Positions 18,296 through 28,237 of a stretch of 64,000 nucleotides of DNA are shown here, one piece after another. The notes beneath the pieces are model-generated. The model searched no databases. It was given only the letters and a program-made list of their open reading frames with translations, and was not told the DNA's origin. Position numbers and translations under genes: made by a program. This DNA is from a virus (lineage: Duplodnaviria; Caudoviricetes): the IMG/VR virus record IMGVR_UViG_3300005611_000006, one strand, 5' to 3'. Positions within the stretch are counted from its first letter, which is position 1. Each line of letters starts with the position of its first letter.

Positions 18296-18339
18296 TGTTA
18301 TACTAGTTTAGTACAATCCATTTAATCCAAAAAATCCTA
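18276..18339 (+). promoter_or_regulatory. gp32 promoter and AATCC-repeat leader
   Basis: TTGACA(18276)-17 bp-TATACT(18299) with an internal inverted repeat; three AATCC before the ATG. Confidence 0.7.
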
Positions 18340-19239
18340 ATGTCCTTTTCAAATCTTAAGAAGCAATCTTCTCTAGGAAGTCTTACTTCCAAACTTGTAA
18401 AAGAAGTTGAGAAGATGAGTTCCACTGGAAATAACACCGATGATCGACTTTGGAAACCTGAGGTTGATAAAGCAGGTAACGGATTCGCCGTCATTCGCTT
18501 CCTGCCTGCCCCAGAAGGAGAAGAACTTCCTTGGGCGAAAGTTTATACCCACGCCTTCCAAAGCACTGGAGGATGGTTGATTGATAACTGTTTGACCACA
18601 GTCAATCAAAACTGTCCTGTATGTGAAGCAAATCGAGAACTTTGGAATACTGGAAGCAAAGCAAATCAAGATACTGTAAGAGACCGTAAGCGTAAGCTTT
18701 CATATTATAGTAACATTTATGTTGTTCAAGACAAAGCACACCCAGAAAATGAGGGTAAAGTTTTCCTTTATAAGTATGGTAAGAAGATCTTTGATAAGGT
18801 AACTGCAGCAATGCAACCTGAGTTTGAAGATGAGAAGCCTATTGATCCATTTGACTTCTGGAATGGTGCAAACTTTAAAGTCAAGATCACAAAGAAAGAT
18901 GGATATTGGAACTACGACAAATCTGAATTTGATTCTCCTGGAGCTCTTTCTGATGATGATGATGAGATGGAAGCAATCTGGAAGAAGTCTTACTCACTTT
19001 CAGACTTTGTAAATCCTGAAAAGTTTAAATCTTACGAGCAACTTCAAACTCGTTTGAATACTGTTCTTGGTAAAGCAAAAGTTCAACAAAAAGTTGATGA
19101 GTCTTTTGAAGATGAAGACAGTGGATCTGCTCCTCCTGTTCCTGAAAATCTTCGTAACGAACTAAATTCACTTTCTTCAAGTAAAGTTGAAGAAGACGAT
19201 GATGCTCTGAGTTACTTTGCTCGACTCGCTGACGAATGA
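18340..19239 (+). CDS. gp32: Single-stranded DNA-binding protein
   Basis: DDRLWK, AVIRFLP, Zn ligands H/C/CPVC, acidic C-terminal tail. Confidence 0.96.
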   Translation: MSFSNLKKQSSLGSLTSKLVKEVEKMSSTGNNTDDRLWKPEVDKAGNGFAVIRFLPAPEGEELPWAKVYTHAFQSTGGWLIDNCLTTVNQNCPVCEANRELWNTGSKANQDTVRDRKRKLSYYSNIYVVQDKAHPENEGKVFLYKYGKKIFDKVTAAMQPEFEDEKPIDPFDFWNGANFKVKITKKDGYWNYDKSEFDSPGALSDDDDEMEAIWKKSYSLSDFVNPEKFKSYEQLQTRLNTVLGKAKVQQKVDESFEDEDSGSAPPVPENLRNELNSLSSSKVEEDDDALSYFARLADE

Positions 19240-19902
19240 TTACCTTGGGGAGATAATTCTTAAATTATCTCCCTTTTTTGTATTATCATCTATGTACTGT
19301 GAAGAGAAATTATAAGACATAATTTCTTTCATATCATCAATTGCTGTTTGTAAGTATATATTTTTTAGAATATAGATGTTTCTTTTTAAATCATTTTTTT
19401 TAATTTCATATTCATAGTTTGTAACTGATTTAACTGGATTTATTGTGATAGTTTGATTTAAAGATTCATCAAAGAAAGTTACAGAAAAATCTTGATCTAC
19501 AACTTTTCCAGAGGGGACTATTAATTTTCCAGAGTTATCATAATATGTTAAAGTTTCGTAATGATGAACGTTTGTTAATTCTTGATCTGTATATTTTCTA
19601 AGTAAAAAATTCTCTAGTTCACTATCTGATAATGTCCATTCTGTTCTAACATTAATGATATTATTTGAAATTAAAACTACCCAATCATACGATGAACTTC
19701 CATAAACTTTTTCTGCAACTTGTTCTGGACGTTCATCACCAATAATTTTGTATTTTGTAAATACAACTAAATTTTGAAAGAAGTCATCACGAATCTTTGC
19801 TCTGCGAAAAAGATTTTTTACTCTCACATAATCGTATGAAGAGTTTCTATTTGGTTGTTGTGATTGGTAAAGTAAGTCTGATACTTCTCTGAAATAAGTC
19901 AT
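19240..19902 (-). CDS. gp53: Baseplate wedge subunit
   Basis: ERPEQVA..VYG...WVVL..NNI; HHYET; VTNYEYE. Confidence 0.88.
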   Translation of the reverse strand: MTYFREVSDLLYQSQQPNRNSSYDYVRVKNLFRRAKIRDDFFQNLVVFTKYKIIGDERPEQVAEKVYGSSSYDWVVLISNNIINVRTEWTLSDSELENFLLRKYTDQELTNVHHYETLTYYDNSGKLIVPSGKVVDQDFSVTFFDESLNQTITINPVKSVTNYEYEIKKNDLKRNIYILKNIYLQTAIDDMKEIMSYNFSSQYIDDNTKKGDNLRIISPR

Positions 19903-21420
19903 TTATTCTGTTAAATCTCCTATCTCTGGGTTTCCTGATGGACCATCTTGTAACGAATCATATCCTACAGTATCAATAGATTCATCATAGTTATCATTAT
20001 ATAGTGGAGTTAATTCAGTGAATGCAAGTTGAATTAAAACTGAAATTGGTTGACTTCCACCTGCTTTACTATCTTGATATGCAGCATAAAACCCATCAGG
20101 AGTGTAGTTAACTACGCATTGTTGAAGAGCACAAGTTTTAATCTTTCCTATACTTGTTATTTCTTTACCAGATGAATCTGATTTAAATTGAATGTCAAAA
20201 ACATTTGGAGCACCTAAAAAGTAAGCTGCTTGTGGATCAGTAAAGTTTCTTTTTGCTGCCATTCCTTTCTTAAAAAACTTAAGAATATATCGAATATTTC
20301 TTGCTTCTTTTTGACTTCTAGGTGTCATTTTAAATTGAAATCCAAAACTTCTTAGTTTTGGTCCTTGGAAAAGCAATTCAAGGTTTGGATTAATTGCAGT
20401 ACCAGTTATTCTTGATCTAAATGCTTCTGGATTTAAAACTATGTTTACTTTTTTAGCTAAAGCTGCAGCGGCATTTAAGCTTAAAAGTTGTTTGATGGTT
20501 TCGTTTGCTGCTGTACCAGATCCAAGAGCATCCGAAAATGCAGATTTAATTTCTTCTATAGCACTTGGAATATTTCCACTTGCTAATTTACCAGTTGCTC
20601 CTAAAGCACGACCTCCAATTAGTGCCGTTAAAGATGAAAGACTATCCTCTCCCCAAGCAGTTACACTTGTTTCCGATATATCATTTGGCATAGGAAGAAT
20701 CACTGATCCTAATGACCTTTCTTGACTTTTAAATCTTTCTGCAGAAAATCCTCCATTTGTTATTTTAGATGTATCTATATTTCCATTTGTAAGTACATCT
20801 GGAATTTCATATCTTTTTTGGGTGATAACAATTCTGTCTTGTCTGGAATTGATATCTATAGGGTATATTAAAAAAGATGAGTTAAATGGTTTATCTTCTT
20901 GAAAAATATCTGAGGTAATATCAAAAATTGCTGGTATTGTTGGCGTTGGTGGAGATGTTCCGTCTTGTGATGATCCATCATCTTCATCTGTTGTAGTTGT
21001 TCCAACTCCAGCATTTCTTTCTTCTGGTTCAATTTCTTGAGTTGATGGACTATAAAACTTTTGACTAAGTACATTATCTCTTTCAGTTTTATCTGGATTT
21101 GCTTTGACTATAAGTGGTGCGTTTATTTTTACAAGTTTTTCTAATTCAAGTCTTGCTCTGCTATCTATAGATACGACCAAATCTTCATTTAAAACTGTGT
21201 AAGTATTATCTGCTCTTTGAACCCAAATTGCGTTTCTACGAAGTCCAAAAACTGCAGATCCTTCTTCATAATATATAATCGCACCAGTTTTTTGGTTAAC
21301 TTCTAAAATTAAATCAGTAACACCTCCAGCGGCAGTTTTTGCTGTTACTCTTGTTTCATAAATTTGCTTTCCTACATTTTCTCTAGTAGTAGAAAGTTTC
21401 CAACCTTTTGGTATTGACAT
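19903..21420 (-). CDS. gp48: Baseplate tail-tube cap, with N-terminal extension
   Basis: LPMP, NPNLELLFQGP.LRSF.F.FKM.PRS, VNYTPDG. Confidence 0.85.
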   Translation of the reverse strand: MSIPKGWKLSTTRENVGKQIYETRVTAKTAAGGVTDLILEVNQKTGAIIYYEEGSAVFGLRRNAIWVQRADNTYTVLNEDLVVSIDSRARLELEKLVKINAPLIVKANPDKTERDNVLSQKFYSPSTQEIEPEERNAGVGTTTTDEDDGSSQDGTSPPTPTIPAIFDITSDIFQEDKPFNSSFLIYPIDINSRQDRIVITQKRYEIPDVLTNGNIDTSKITNGGFSAERFKSQERSLGSVILPMPNDISETSVTAWGEDSLSSLTALIGGRALGATGKLASGNIPSAIEEIKSAFSDALGSGTAANETIKQLLSLNAAAALAKKVNIVLNPEAFRSRITGTAINPNLELLFQGPKLRSFGFQFKMTPRSQKEARNIRYILKFFKKGMAAKRNFTDPQAAYFLGAPNVFDIQFKSDSSGKEITSIGKIKTCALQQCVVNYTPDGFYAAYQDSKAGGSQPISVLIQLAFTELTPLYNDNYDESIDTVGYDSLQDGPSGNPEIGDLTE

Positions 21421-21422
21421 TT

Positions 21423-21980
21423 TTATCTCCAGACTCTATTTGATGGAATTGGAATTTCTACTCCGTTCATATCCCTGACAAATTCTTCTACAGGTAGTAA
21501 ACATATAGTATCCCATTCTCTAGTATCAAAATCTAGGTAAGGACTACGGACTTCTGATATCAAGTATTTATGAGCTCCTTTAGTAAACCTTGGGATTCTA
21601 TTTTCTGCTAAACTTCTAGCAATTCCAACTCTTTCTTCTGGTGAATAATAATGTAGATTTACTGCAAAGAAAGAATTTGGTTTAAAGTCTAAAATGTATG
21701 CAAGGGGATATTTATCATAAAAAGGTAATTCTCTTCTCCACTTTGCTCTATATTCCCATAACATTAAACTGAATAATCTTGGGAAAGCACGAACAATATT
21801 TCTATCTCTACCACCCATTTCATCAACTTCATCATTTATTTCATCCGTAATCATTGAGTTAGGATTTTGTTCATACTTCATTGAACGTGCAAAGAATATA
21901 TTTGAACGATACCATTCTTTAGATTGTGACTGACCTCTTGATTTAATTTTTATTTCTTCAAAAATAGTTTGATATGCCAT
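21423..21980 (-). CDS. gp2: DNA end protector
   Basis: LPFYDKYPL, NLHY, HKYL, LPVEEF. Confidence 0.85.
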   Translation of the reverse strand: MAYQTIFEEIKIKSRGQSQSKEWYRSNIFFARSMKYEQNPNSMITDEINDEVDEMGGRDRNIVRAFPRLFSLMLWEYRAKWRRELPFYDKYPLAYILDFKPNSFFAVNLHYYSPEERVGIARSLAENRIPRFTKGAHKYLISEVRSPYLDFDTREWDTICLLPVEEFVRDMNGVEIPIPSNRVWR

Positions 21981-22414
21981 TAGACTCCTAGGTTATCTTC
22001 TGTGATAATTTGAAATTCCCATCTTCTATCAGCGCAAAATTCTTCTGCTGCTTTCCACTTTGCTTGATTTTTGGCGAATTCTCTCATTTCCACAAGTTGC
22101 TTTTGATTAACTTTTGATCTAATTTTTGGACCATTTACTTGCCTTTTTGGCTTAACCTCAATTAGACTTTCTTTTAGTTTACCATCAGCATCTTTATATT
22201 TAATATAAAAGTCTGGAAAATATTTATGACATTTATTATCTAGTGGAGATATGTATGGAATCCATATTTCTTCAGAGGACCATTTGAGTATGTTTTCATT
22301 TTTGTCACAATAATTCATAAACTTCAATTCCCAGAGAGATCTATATATTATATTTTTATGATCTCCAATATATTTTTCATTAAATGTAGGTTTGAATTTT
22401 CCTTTATAACTCAT
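21980..22414 (-). CDS. gp4: Head completion nuclease
   Basis: YRSLWE, WSSEE, YFPDF, IEVKP, NQAKW. Confidence 0.92.
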   Translation of the reverse strand: MSYKGKFKPTFNEKYIGDHKNIIYRSLWELKFMNYCDKNENILKWSSEEIWIPYISPLDNKCHKYFPDFYIKYKDADGKLKESLIEVKPKRQVNGPKIRSKVNQKQLVEMREFAKNQAKWKAAEEFCADRRWEFQIITEDNLGV

Positions 22415-22445
22415 ACATATAATATAGTACCCAGTAATTATTTAG

Positions 22446-23063
22446 ATGGTAGTAGCAAACAATCAGTTATTTATCAGTACTGAAGAAGTTACAAGAAAAT
22501 TAAAGCCAGCATTAACTACTTATTTTAGTGTATATATTCCTGAAACCAAAGAATATGGTGGAGTTAGTAGTAAAGACATTAATATATTTGCTTATGAAGC
22601 AGTTCTTCCAGGAACTTCATTTGAGATTGCACAAAATTTTGGTGATAGACAGGGTATTACGGAATCTTATCCAGTTAGAAGAATATACCCACCAATTGAT
22701 GTAAGTTTTTATGTTAATATTGATTATAATGTAATTAAGTATTTTGAAAACTGGATGCAAAGTATTTTTGAATTTAAAGGATCTCCAAGTCCAAGATATG
22801 GAAGATTTAATTATCCAGAAACATATGAAACTAATATAACAATTACTAAATTTGAAAGAGATTATAGGAAAAAATCTGATAGACTTTCCGATAAAGGATC
22901 TGCAGGATCTCCTGAAATTAAAACTAAAATAACTTATGATTTGATAAATGCATTTCCAACTAATATAATTTCTTTACCAGTTTCTTATTCTCAGACAGAT
23001 GTTTTAAAAACAACTATTACATTTAATTACGATTTATATTCTTATAGAGGACAACAAAACTAG
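22446..23063 (+). CDS. Tail-tube initiator / tube-fold protein (gp54/gp19-like)
   Basis: LPG..., NAFPTNI...VSY, TFNY; synteny. Confidence 0.6.
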   Translation: MVVANNQLFISTEEVTRKLKPALTTYFSVYIPETKEYGGVSSKDINIFAYEAVLPGTSFEIAQNFGDRQGITESYPVRRIYPPIDVSFYVNIDYNVIKYFENWMQSIFEFKGSPSPRYGRFNYPETYETNITITKFERDYRKKSDRLSDKGSAGSPEIKTKITYDLINAFPTNIISLPVSYSQTDVLKTTITFNYDLYSYRGQQN

Positions 23064-23096
23064 TGATAAATAATCATATCTGAATTTAGTATTTAA

Positions 23097-23828
23097 ATGC
23101 CTTTACCAAAAATTGTTACTCCATTATATGAGTTGACTTTACCTTCAAATAAGAAAACAGTTAAATATAGACCTTTTCTTGTGAAAGAAGAAAAGGTATT
23201 AATTCTTGCGATGGAAAGTGGTGATTCAATTCAAATTACAAATGCAGTTAAAAATATTTTAAAAGATTGTATTTTGAGTCGTGGAATCAAAGTAGATACT
23301 CTTCCAAGTTTTGATATTGAATACTTATTTTTAAATATTCGTGCAAAATCTGTAGGTGAGTCTGTTGAACTTATAATTACTTGTCCAGATGATGATGTAA
23401 CACAAGTAGATGTTACTGTAAATATTGATGAGATTCAAGTTGAAATTCCTAAAGATCATAAATCTGAGATTGAAATTGATGATAATGTAAAGATTAAAAT
23501 GAAGTATCCATCACTTCAAGAATTTGTTGATAATAATTTTGACTTTTCAAAACCAGATAGTAGTGAAGAAACTATCAATAGATCTTTTGAAATTGTTGCA
23601 TCTTGTATTGATATGGTATATACGAAAGATGAATCTTGGTCCACTTCTGATGTGACTAAGAAAGAATTAGTTGAGTGGCTTCAAACTTTTGATTCTAATC
23701 AGTTCAAAGGTATTGAAAATTTCTTTGATACTATGCCAAAATTATCACATACTTTAACTGTAAAAAATCCAAAAACTGGTGTAGAATCTGATATTGTTTT
23801 AGAAGGGTTATCAAGTTTTTTCGGTTGA
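23097..23828 (+). CDS. gp26: Baseplate hub subunit
   Basis: MPLPK, YRPFLVKEEK, RAKSVGE, LEGLSSFF. Confidence 0.9.
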   Translation: MPLPKIVTPLYELTLPSNKKTVKYRPFLVKEEKVLILAMESGDSIQITNAVKNILKDCILSRGIKVDTLPSFDIEYLFLNIRAKSVGESVELIITCPDDDVTQVDVTVNIDEIQVEIPKDHKSEIEIDDNVKIKMKYPSLQEFVDNNFDFSKPDSSEETINRSFEIVASCIDMVYTKDESWSTSDVTKKELVEWLQTFDSNQFKGIENFFDTMPKLSHTLTVKNPKTGVESDIVLEGLSSFFG

Positions 23829-24010
23829 TGCTAAGTCACGAAGACTTAGAATCATTTTATAGAATTAATTTTGCCTTGATGCAGTATCATAAATATTCAT
23901 TGACTGAGATTGAAAATATGATCCCTTGGGAAAGGGATATATATCTAACTTTACTTGAAAATCATATTAAGGAAGAAGAAGAAAAGTCATCAAGGAAGCA
24001 GAGTCTTTAA
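23825..24010 (+). CDS. gp51: Baseplate hub assembly catalyst
   Basis: NFALMQYHKYSLTEIENMIPWERDIY. Confidence 0.88.
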   Translation: MMLSHEDLESFYRINFALMQYHKYSLTEIENMIPWERDIYLTLLENHIKEEEEKSSRKQSL

Positions 24011-24013
24011 TCA

Positions 24014-26158
24014 ATGGACACTAAAGATCTTATTAATTTAAAGAAACAGAGAATCGAGGAGGAAATTCAGAAGATTATTCCCCCTGGATTCTCTTGGTCT
24101 GCTTATCCTACGGAGAAAGAAAGGCAAAAATATAGTCCAAACAGAAGTGTAGCAGAAGAAAATTGGAGAGAATTTTTAGGTCAAGATCTTGACTTAATAA
24201 TGCAAGTTGGTTATATTAAACCAACAAATCCAGAATATGCAAAGGCAATTGGAAATTTAAGATATTTTGGAGGAAAACTTAGTAACTACAAAGATTTTAT
24301 TAATAGTGGACCATTCTTCAAAGATCCAGAAGGTTCAAAAAACTTTGAAGAAGCTTGCGATTATATTATTAGGTTTTATGATCTTACAAAAATAATTGTA
24401 AGAAGAGTAGAAGAAGAGCAAAAAGTTTCAATAAGAAGAAAAGATTTAAAAGAAAAAAAAGAAAATCAATCATCAGAGAAACAGAAGAAAGCAACTAAAT
24501 TTGTATCTGGTGCAACTAAATTTAGACCAGGAAAAAGAATAACAATAAAATCTACCAAAGTAAGTGGTTTAATTCCTAAGAGAACTGCTCCACAAGAAGT
24601 TTTAGATAGAATATCAAAACCACAAGAATCTACTGTAGAAGATAGTATTGATGCCCCTAAAAAAGTTGTATCTGTTTTTGGAAAGTTAACTTTAGATTTA
24701 GTTCAGATTAATGATAACTTAGATAAAATTAGAGAAGTTATTGTAGAAGATTACAAAAAAACTAAGGAACGTAGAATAAACGAGACTAAAGAATATCGTA
24801 AGAGAGTTTCAGATCGTAGTAAAAAAATTGGTAAAAAAGATCTTGGGGATAGTAAAAAAGATCTAAAAGGTATTGTTAAAAAGTATGCTGGTAGTTTCTT
24901 TAGTGGTGCTGGTGGTGCTATTCGTGCTTTAGCATTATTTAATATGGCTGAGGCTCTAATGAGTGGAAATCCAATGAAAGCACTTGGTCCACTCCTTGGA
25001 ATTGGTGCTACATACTTACCTGTCATCGCGCAAACGATTGGTGGAATTATTGCAGCAAAAGTTATTGGTGGATTATTTAAGGGTGGAAGAGTAGCACCTA
25101 GAGGAAGAGTTCCTAGGGGAGGAAGAGTTCCTAGTTTTAGACTAGGAAAGTTTGGTAAACTTGCTGCTTTAGGAACTGGGGCACTTGCTTTAGGAGCAGC
25201 ATTTCTTAATAGAGATCAGAAAGATGAAGAAAGTTCAAAAATAGAACAAAGATTAGAATCTCTAAAAGAAGAGCAAAAAGAATCAGTATTACCAGAAGAT
25301 TTAGTTCCAATTCCACAAGAAGATCTAAAGAAATTTGAAGATTTGAATAAAAAGTTTGAGAAAGCGTTAGAATTTTTAATGAAAACGATTAAAGATAATG
25401 AAATTACAGATAAAGCTAAAATTTCATCTAGTGGTACTTCTTCTTCAGGATCATCAAGTTCTGGAGGGGGATCTAAAATTTCTCAAGAATTGCTCGATTC
25501 TGATATGAATCCGAATATGGCAGGATATTTAACTCGACTTTCTTACTTAGAAACTCGTATAAGAAATGTTCCTAATCAACAAGGGTCTGGAGCAGAAGGA
25601 TTTTTTCAAGCTATGGGACCTTTTACTCAAGAGGCAATTCAAGCATCAGGAGGATTATCTCCTCGTTCTCCGGACTTTACTACGGCAGCAAAGTCAACTA
25701 TGTCTTGGATATATGTAAATAACAAACCAGCATATGATGCAATTCTTCAGGGTAACTATGATCGTGCAGATGAACTTCTGAAAGGAACTTGGCCATCATT
25801 ACCTGGAGGATCTCAAGCACAGTCAGCGGACGTTCAAAGAAAGTCTAGAGAATATCTTAGAGGAGGAAGATCTTTCTCGACACAAACACCTGTAGAACCT
25901 CCAGATTTGACTCCAAGAACAAGGGAAAGTCTGCAAATTCCTACCCCAATTTCTCCATCTGTAAGACAATACCCCAATATTGAAACTTCTCCTCCTTCCC
26001 CAACCCCAATTATTACTCCAATACCGATTCAAAAAAAATCTGAATCATCTCCAATGTCAATGAGTGATCAAGGAAATGTAGTTATAAATCATGTCTCTAC
26101 AACATATTCTGATAATTTGTTTACATTATATTCTAGATTAATATATCAAATTGTATAA
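24014..26158 (+). CDS. Tape-measure/hub-like virion protein with a lambda-lysozyme-like domain
   Basis: Coiled-coil and Gly/Ala hydrophobic segments; LSYLET..AEGFFQ..TWPSLPGGSQ. Confidence 0.55.
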   Translation: MDTKDLINLKKQRIEEEIQKIIPPGFSWSAYPTEKERQKYSPNRSVAEENWREFLGQDLDLIMQVGYIKPTNPEYAKAIGNLRYFGGKLSNYKDFINSGPFFKDPEGSKNFEEACDYIIRFYDLTKIIVRRVEEEQKVSIRRKDLKEKKENQSSEKQKKATKFVSGATKFRPGKRITIKSTKVSGLIPKRTAPQEVLDRISKPQESTVEDSIDAPKKVVSVFGKLTLDLVQINDNLDKIREVIVEDYKKTKERRINETKEYRKRVSDRSKKIGKKDLGDSKKDLKGIVKKYAGSFFSGAGGAIRALALFNMAEALMSGNPMKALGPLLGIGATYLPVIAQTIGGIIAAKVIGGLFKGGRVAPRGRVPRGGRVPSFRLGKFGKLAALGTGALALGAAFLNRDQKDEESSKIEQRLESLKEEQKESVLPEDLVPIPQEDLKKFEDLNKKFEKALEFLMKTIKDNEITDKAKISSSGTSSSGSSSSGGGSKISQELLDSDMNPNMAGYLTRLSYLETRIRNVPNQQGSGAEGFFQAMGPFTQEAIQASGGLSPRSPDFTTAAKSTMSWIYVNNKPAYDAILQGNYDRADELLKGTWPSLPGGSQAQSADVQRKSREYLRGGRSFSTQTPVEPPDLTPRTRESLQIPTPISPSVRQYPNIETSPPSPTPIITPIPIQKKSESSPMSMSDQGNVVINHVSTTYSDNLFTLYSRLIYQIV

Positions 26159-26161
26159 TCT

Positions 26162-28237
26162 ATGGAAGATACTATTTTAAAGCCAAAGGAAACTAAGACT
26201 CCAAAGGTTACTACTAAAATAACAAAAGTTAGTTCTATTTTAGAGTTTTCTGAAAAAGCAAAAAAAAGTTCTATAAAGTTAAGAAGAACTTTCGAGAGAG
26301 GGATTTATCAAAAAAGAACTCAACTTTCAGTTCTAGATAGATATAAAAAAAGATTAGATCAAATTGAAAAAGAAGATGAAAGAGTAGCAAAAAGAAGATC
26401 AAGAAGAAAAATTAAACTTCCAGAGGTTAAAAGATTTGCTGGCAATTTTTTCACTCCTGGTGCATCTGATGATCCATTTAAAGCAATTGCAGCATTAGCA
26501 GCTTTTAATGCTGCAACTAGTGCTTCTAGTGGTAATCTTATGGATGCTATTCCCCCAGGATTAGTGGCAGGTGCTATTTTTGGGGCACCATTAATTGGTC
26601 TTGGAGTAAAATCTTTATTCAGAGGTGGTAAAAAAATACCAAGAGGATTTGATGTTACTGGAAGAAGAGTTACTAAAGGAGCACAAAAAAGGTATAGAAG
26701 AAGATTTGGTGATCGTGAGTTTAAAAAAAGATTTGGTAAAGATGCTTTAAAAAGATCTAGTAAAACTAGTCGCGTAGGGAAAAAAGTAGTCAAGGGTGGT
26801 AGAGTTGCAAAATCTTTCGGAAAATTTGGAGCAGCAATTGTTCCTGGTCTTGGAGCAGTTGTTGGTGCTGCTGATGCCACACTTAGAGCACAATCTGGAG
26901 ATGTAACTGGAGCATCTATAGCAGGAACATCTGCAGCATTAGATGCTGCAGCGGCAGCTAGCGCAGCAACTGGAATTGGATTGCCAGTTGCTGGTTTACT
27001 TTCAATAGGATCTTTTGCATTAGATCTTGTAAATTTGTCTAGAGATTTGTTTGGACTTAGTGAAGCAGAAGAAGAAAAAAATAAAAAATTAAAAGAAGAT
27101 ACTGAATCTCCTGAAGAAAGGCTTAAGAAGCAAACGGAGGAGCAGAAATCTCTTGTCGAAAGATTAAAAGTAGATCCTAATAAACTCACTTTTAATAAAA
27201 CTTTAAAAAGTTATTTAAAAGCAATTAATAAACTTGAAGATTTTGTTAAGCAATTTTCAATTAAATCTAGATCTGAGTTATCGGAGGAGGGAATTAATTA
27301 TCCTTCATCAAGACAATTAACTTCACAAGAATCATATAAAGGTCCTATAAGTGGAGAAACATTCTTCCCACTTCCTGGTGGTCAGGAAGGACAAGAACTT
27401 GGACAACAGTTTGGAGCATCTAGAGATAGTGGAACAAGATCCCATAAGGGATTAGATATGGTTAAATTTACGGGAGATCTAGCTGCTCCAGTTGTTGCAT
27501 ATAAAACTGGAAAAGTAATAGTATCAGAAACCAACGGGTACAATGGATATGTTAGATTAAGTCATGGTCAAGGATTACAGACAATGTATTATCATATAAC
27601 TCCATCTGTTCAAGTTGGCGATACTGTATATGGCGGACAACAACTTGGAACATTATACCCAGTAGGGCAAAATACACACTTACACTTTGAAATTATTAGA
27701 GATGGTATAAAGGTAGACCCTAAAGAATTTGGAACTGGAAGAAATAAAATTTCAACTCCACTATCAAGAGAAAGAGCGAAAGAATTATTTGATAACAAGT
27801 CAAAACCACAGGTCAAACCAAAGAAAGAAAAACCTGAAGAAAATAATGAACCTGGAGAAAATTCTAGTAATGAATTTAGAATTGATGGAAAAAGATTTTA
27901 TCAAGGATCAGATGAAAGATATTATAAGGAATCTCAAGATGAAACAGTAGTACTTACTGAAGAAGAATATAATAAAGCTAAAGAAAGATATGATAATAAA
28001 TCAGGAAATGTTTCAACTTTATCTAGAGGGAGAAATATTGCACAATATCCATCATACTCTCCAAGTTCAATGCAAAATCAAGTGATTCCAGTTTCAATAC
28101 CAACATTGAATCAGGATATCAAGCAACCATCAACAATGATTCAAAATTCTTCCGCACCTATGTTAATGCAAGATTTAAGTGAAGAACAAATGTTAAATAG
28201 TTTATACAAGAGAGTTTTTCTCAATACAGTAGTATAA
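26162..28237 (+). CDS. Tape-measure/hub-like virion protein with an M23 peptidase domain
   Basis: HKGLD, YYHI, HLHFE (M23 zinc ligands). Confidence 0.7.
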   Translation: MEDTILKPKETKTPKVTTKITKVSSILEFSEKAKKSSIKLRRTFERGIYQKRTQLSVLDRYKKRLDQIEKEDERVAKRRSRRKIKLPEVKRFAGNFFTPGASDDPFKAIAALAAFNAATSASSGNLMDAIPPGLVAGAIFGAPLIGLGVKSLFRGGKKIPRGFDVTGRRVTKGAQKRYRRRFGDREFKKRFGKDALKRSSKTSRVGKKVVKGGRVAKSFGKFGAAIVPGLGAVVGAADATLRAQSGDVTGASIAGTSAALDAAAAASAATGIGLPVAGLLSIGSFALDLVNLSRDLFGLSEAEEEKNKKLKEDTESPEERLKKQTEEQKSLVERLKVDPNKLTFNKTLKSYLKAINKLEDFVKQFSIKSRSELSEEGINYPSSRQLTSQESYKGPISGETFFPLPGGQEGQELGQQFGASRDSGTRSHKGLDMVKFTGDLAAPVVAYKTGKVIVSETNGYNGYVRLSHGQGLQTMYYHITPSVQVGDTVYGGQQLGTLYPVGQNTHLHFEIIRDGIKVDPKEFGTGRNKISTPLSRERAKELFDNKSKPQVKPKKEKPEENNEPGENSSNEFRIDGKRFYQGSDERYYKESQDETVVLTEEEYNKAKERYDNKSGNVSTLSRGRNIAQYPSYSPSSMQNQVIPVSIPTLNQDIKQPSTMIQNSSAPMLMQDLSEEQMLNSLYKRVFLNTVV

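Noticed and set aside
26359-27189. 276-aa antisense ORF
   Set aside because: Shadow of the Ala/Gly-rich sense gene; no independent signals
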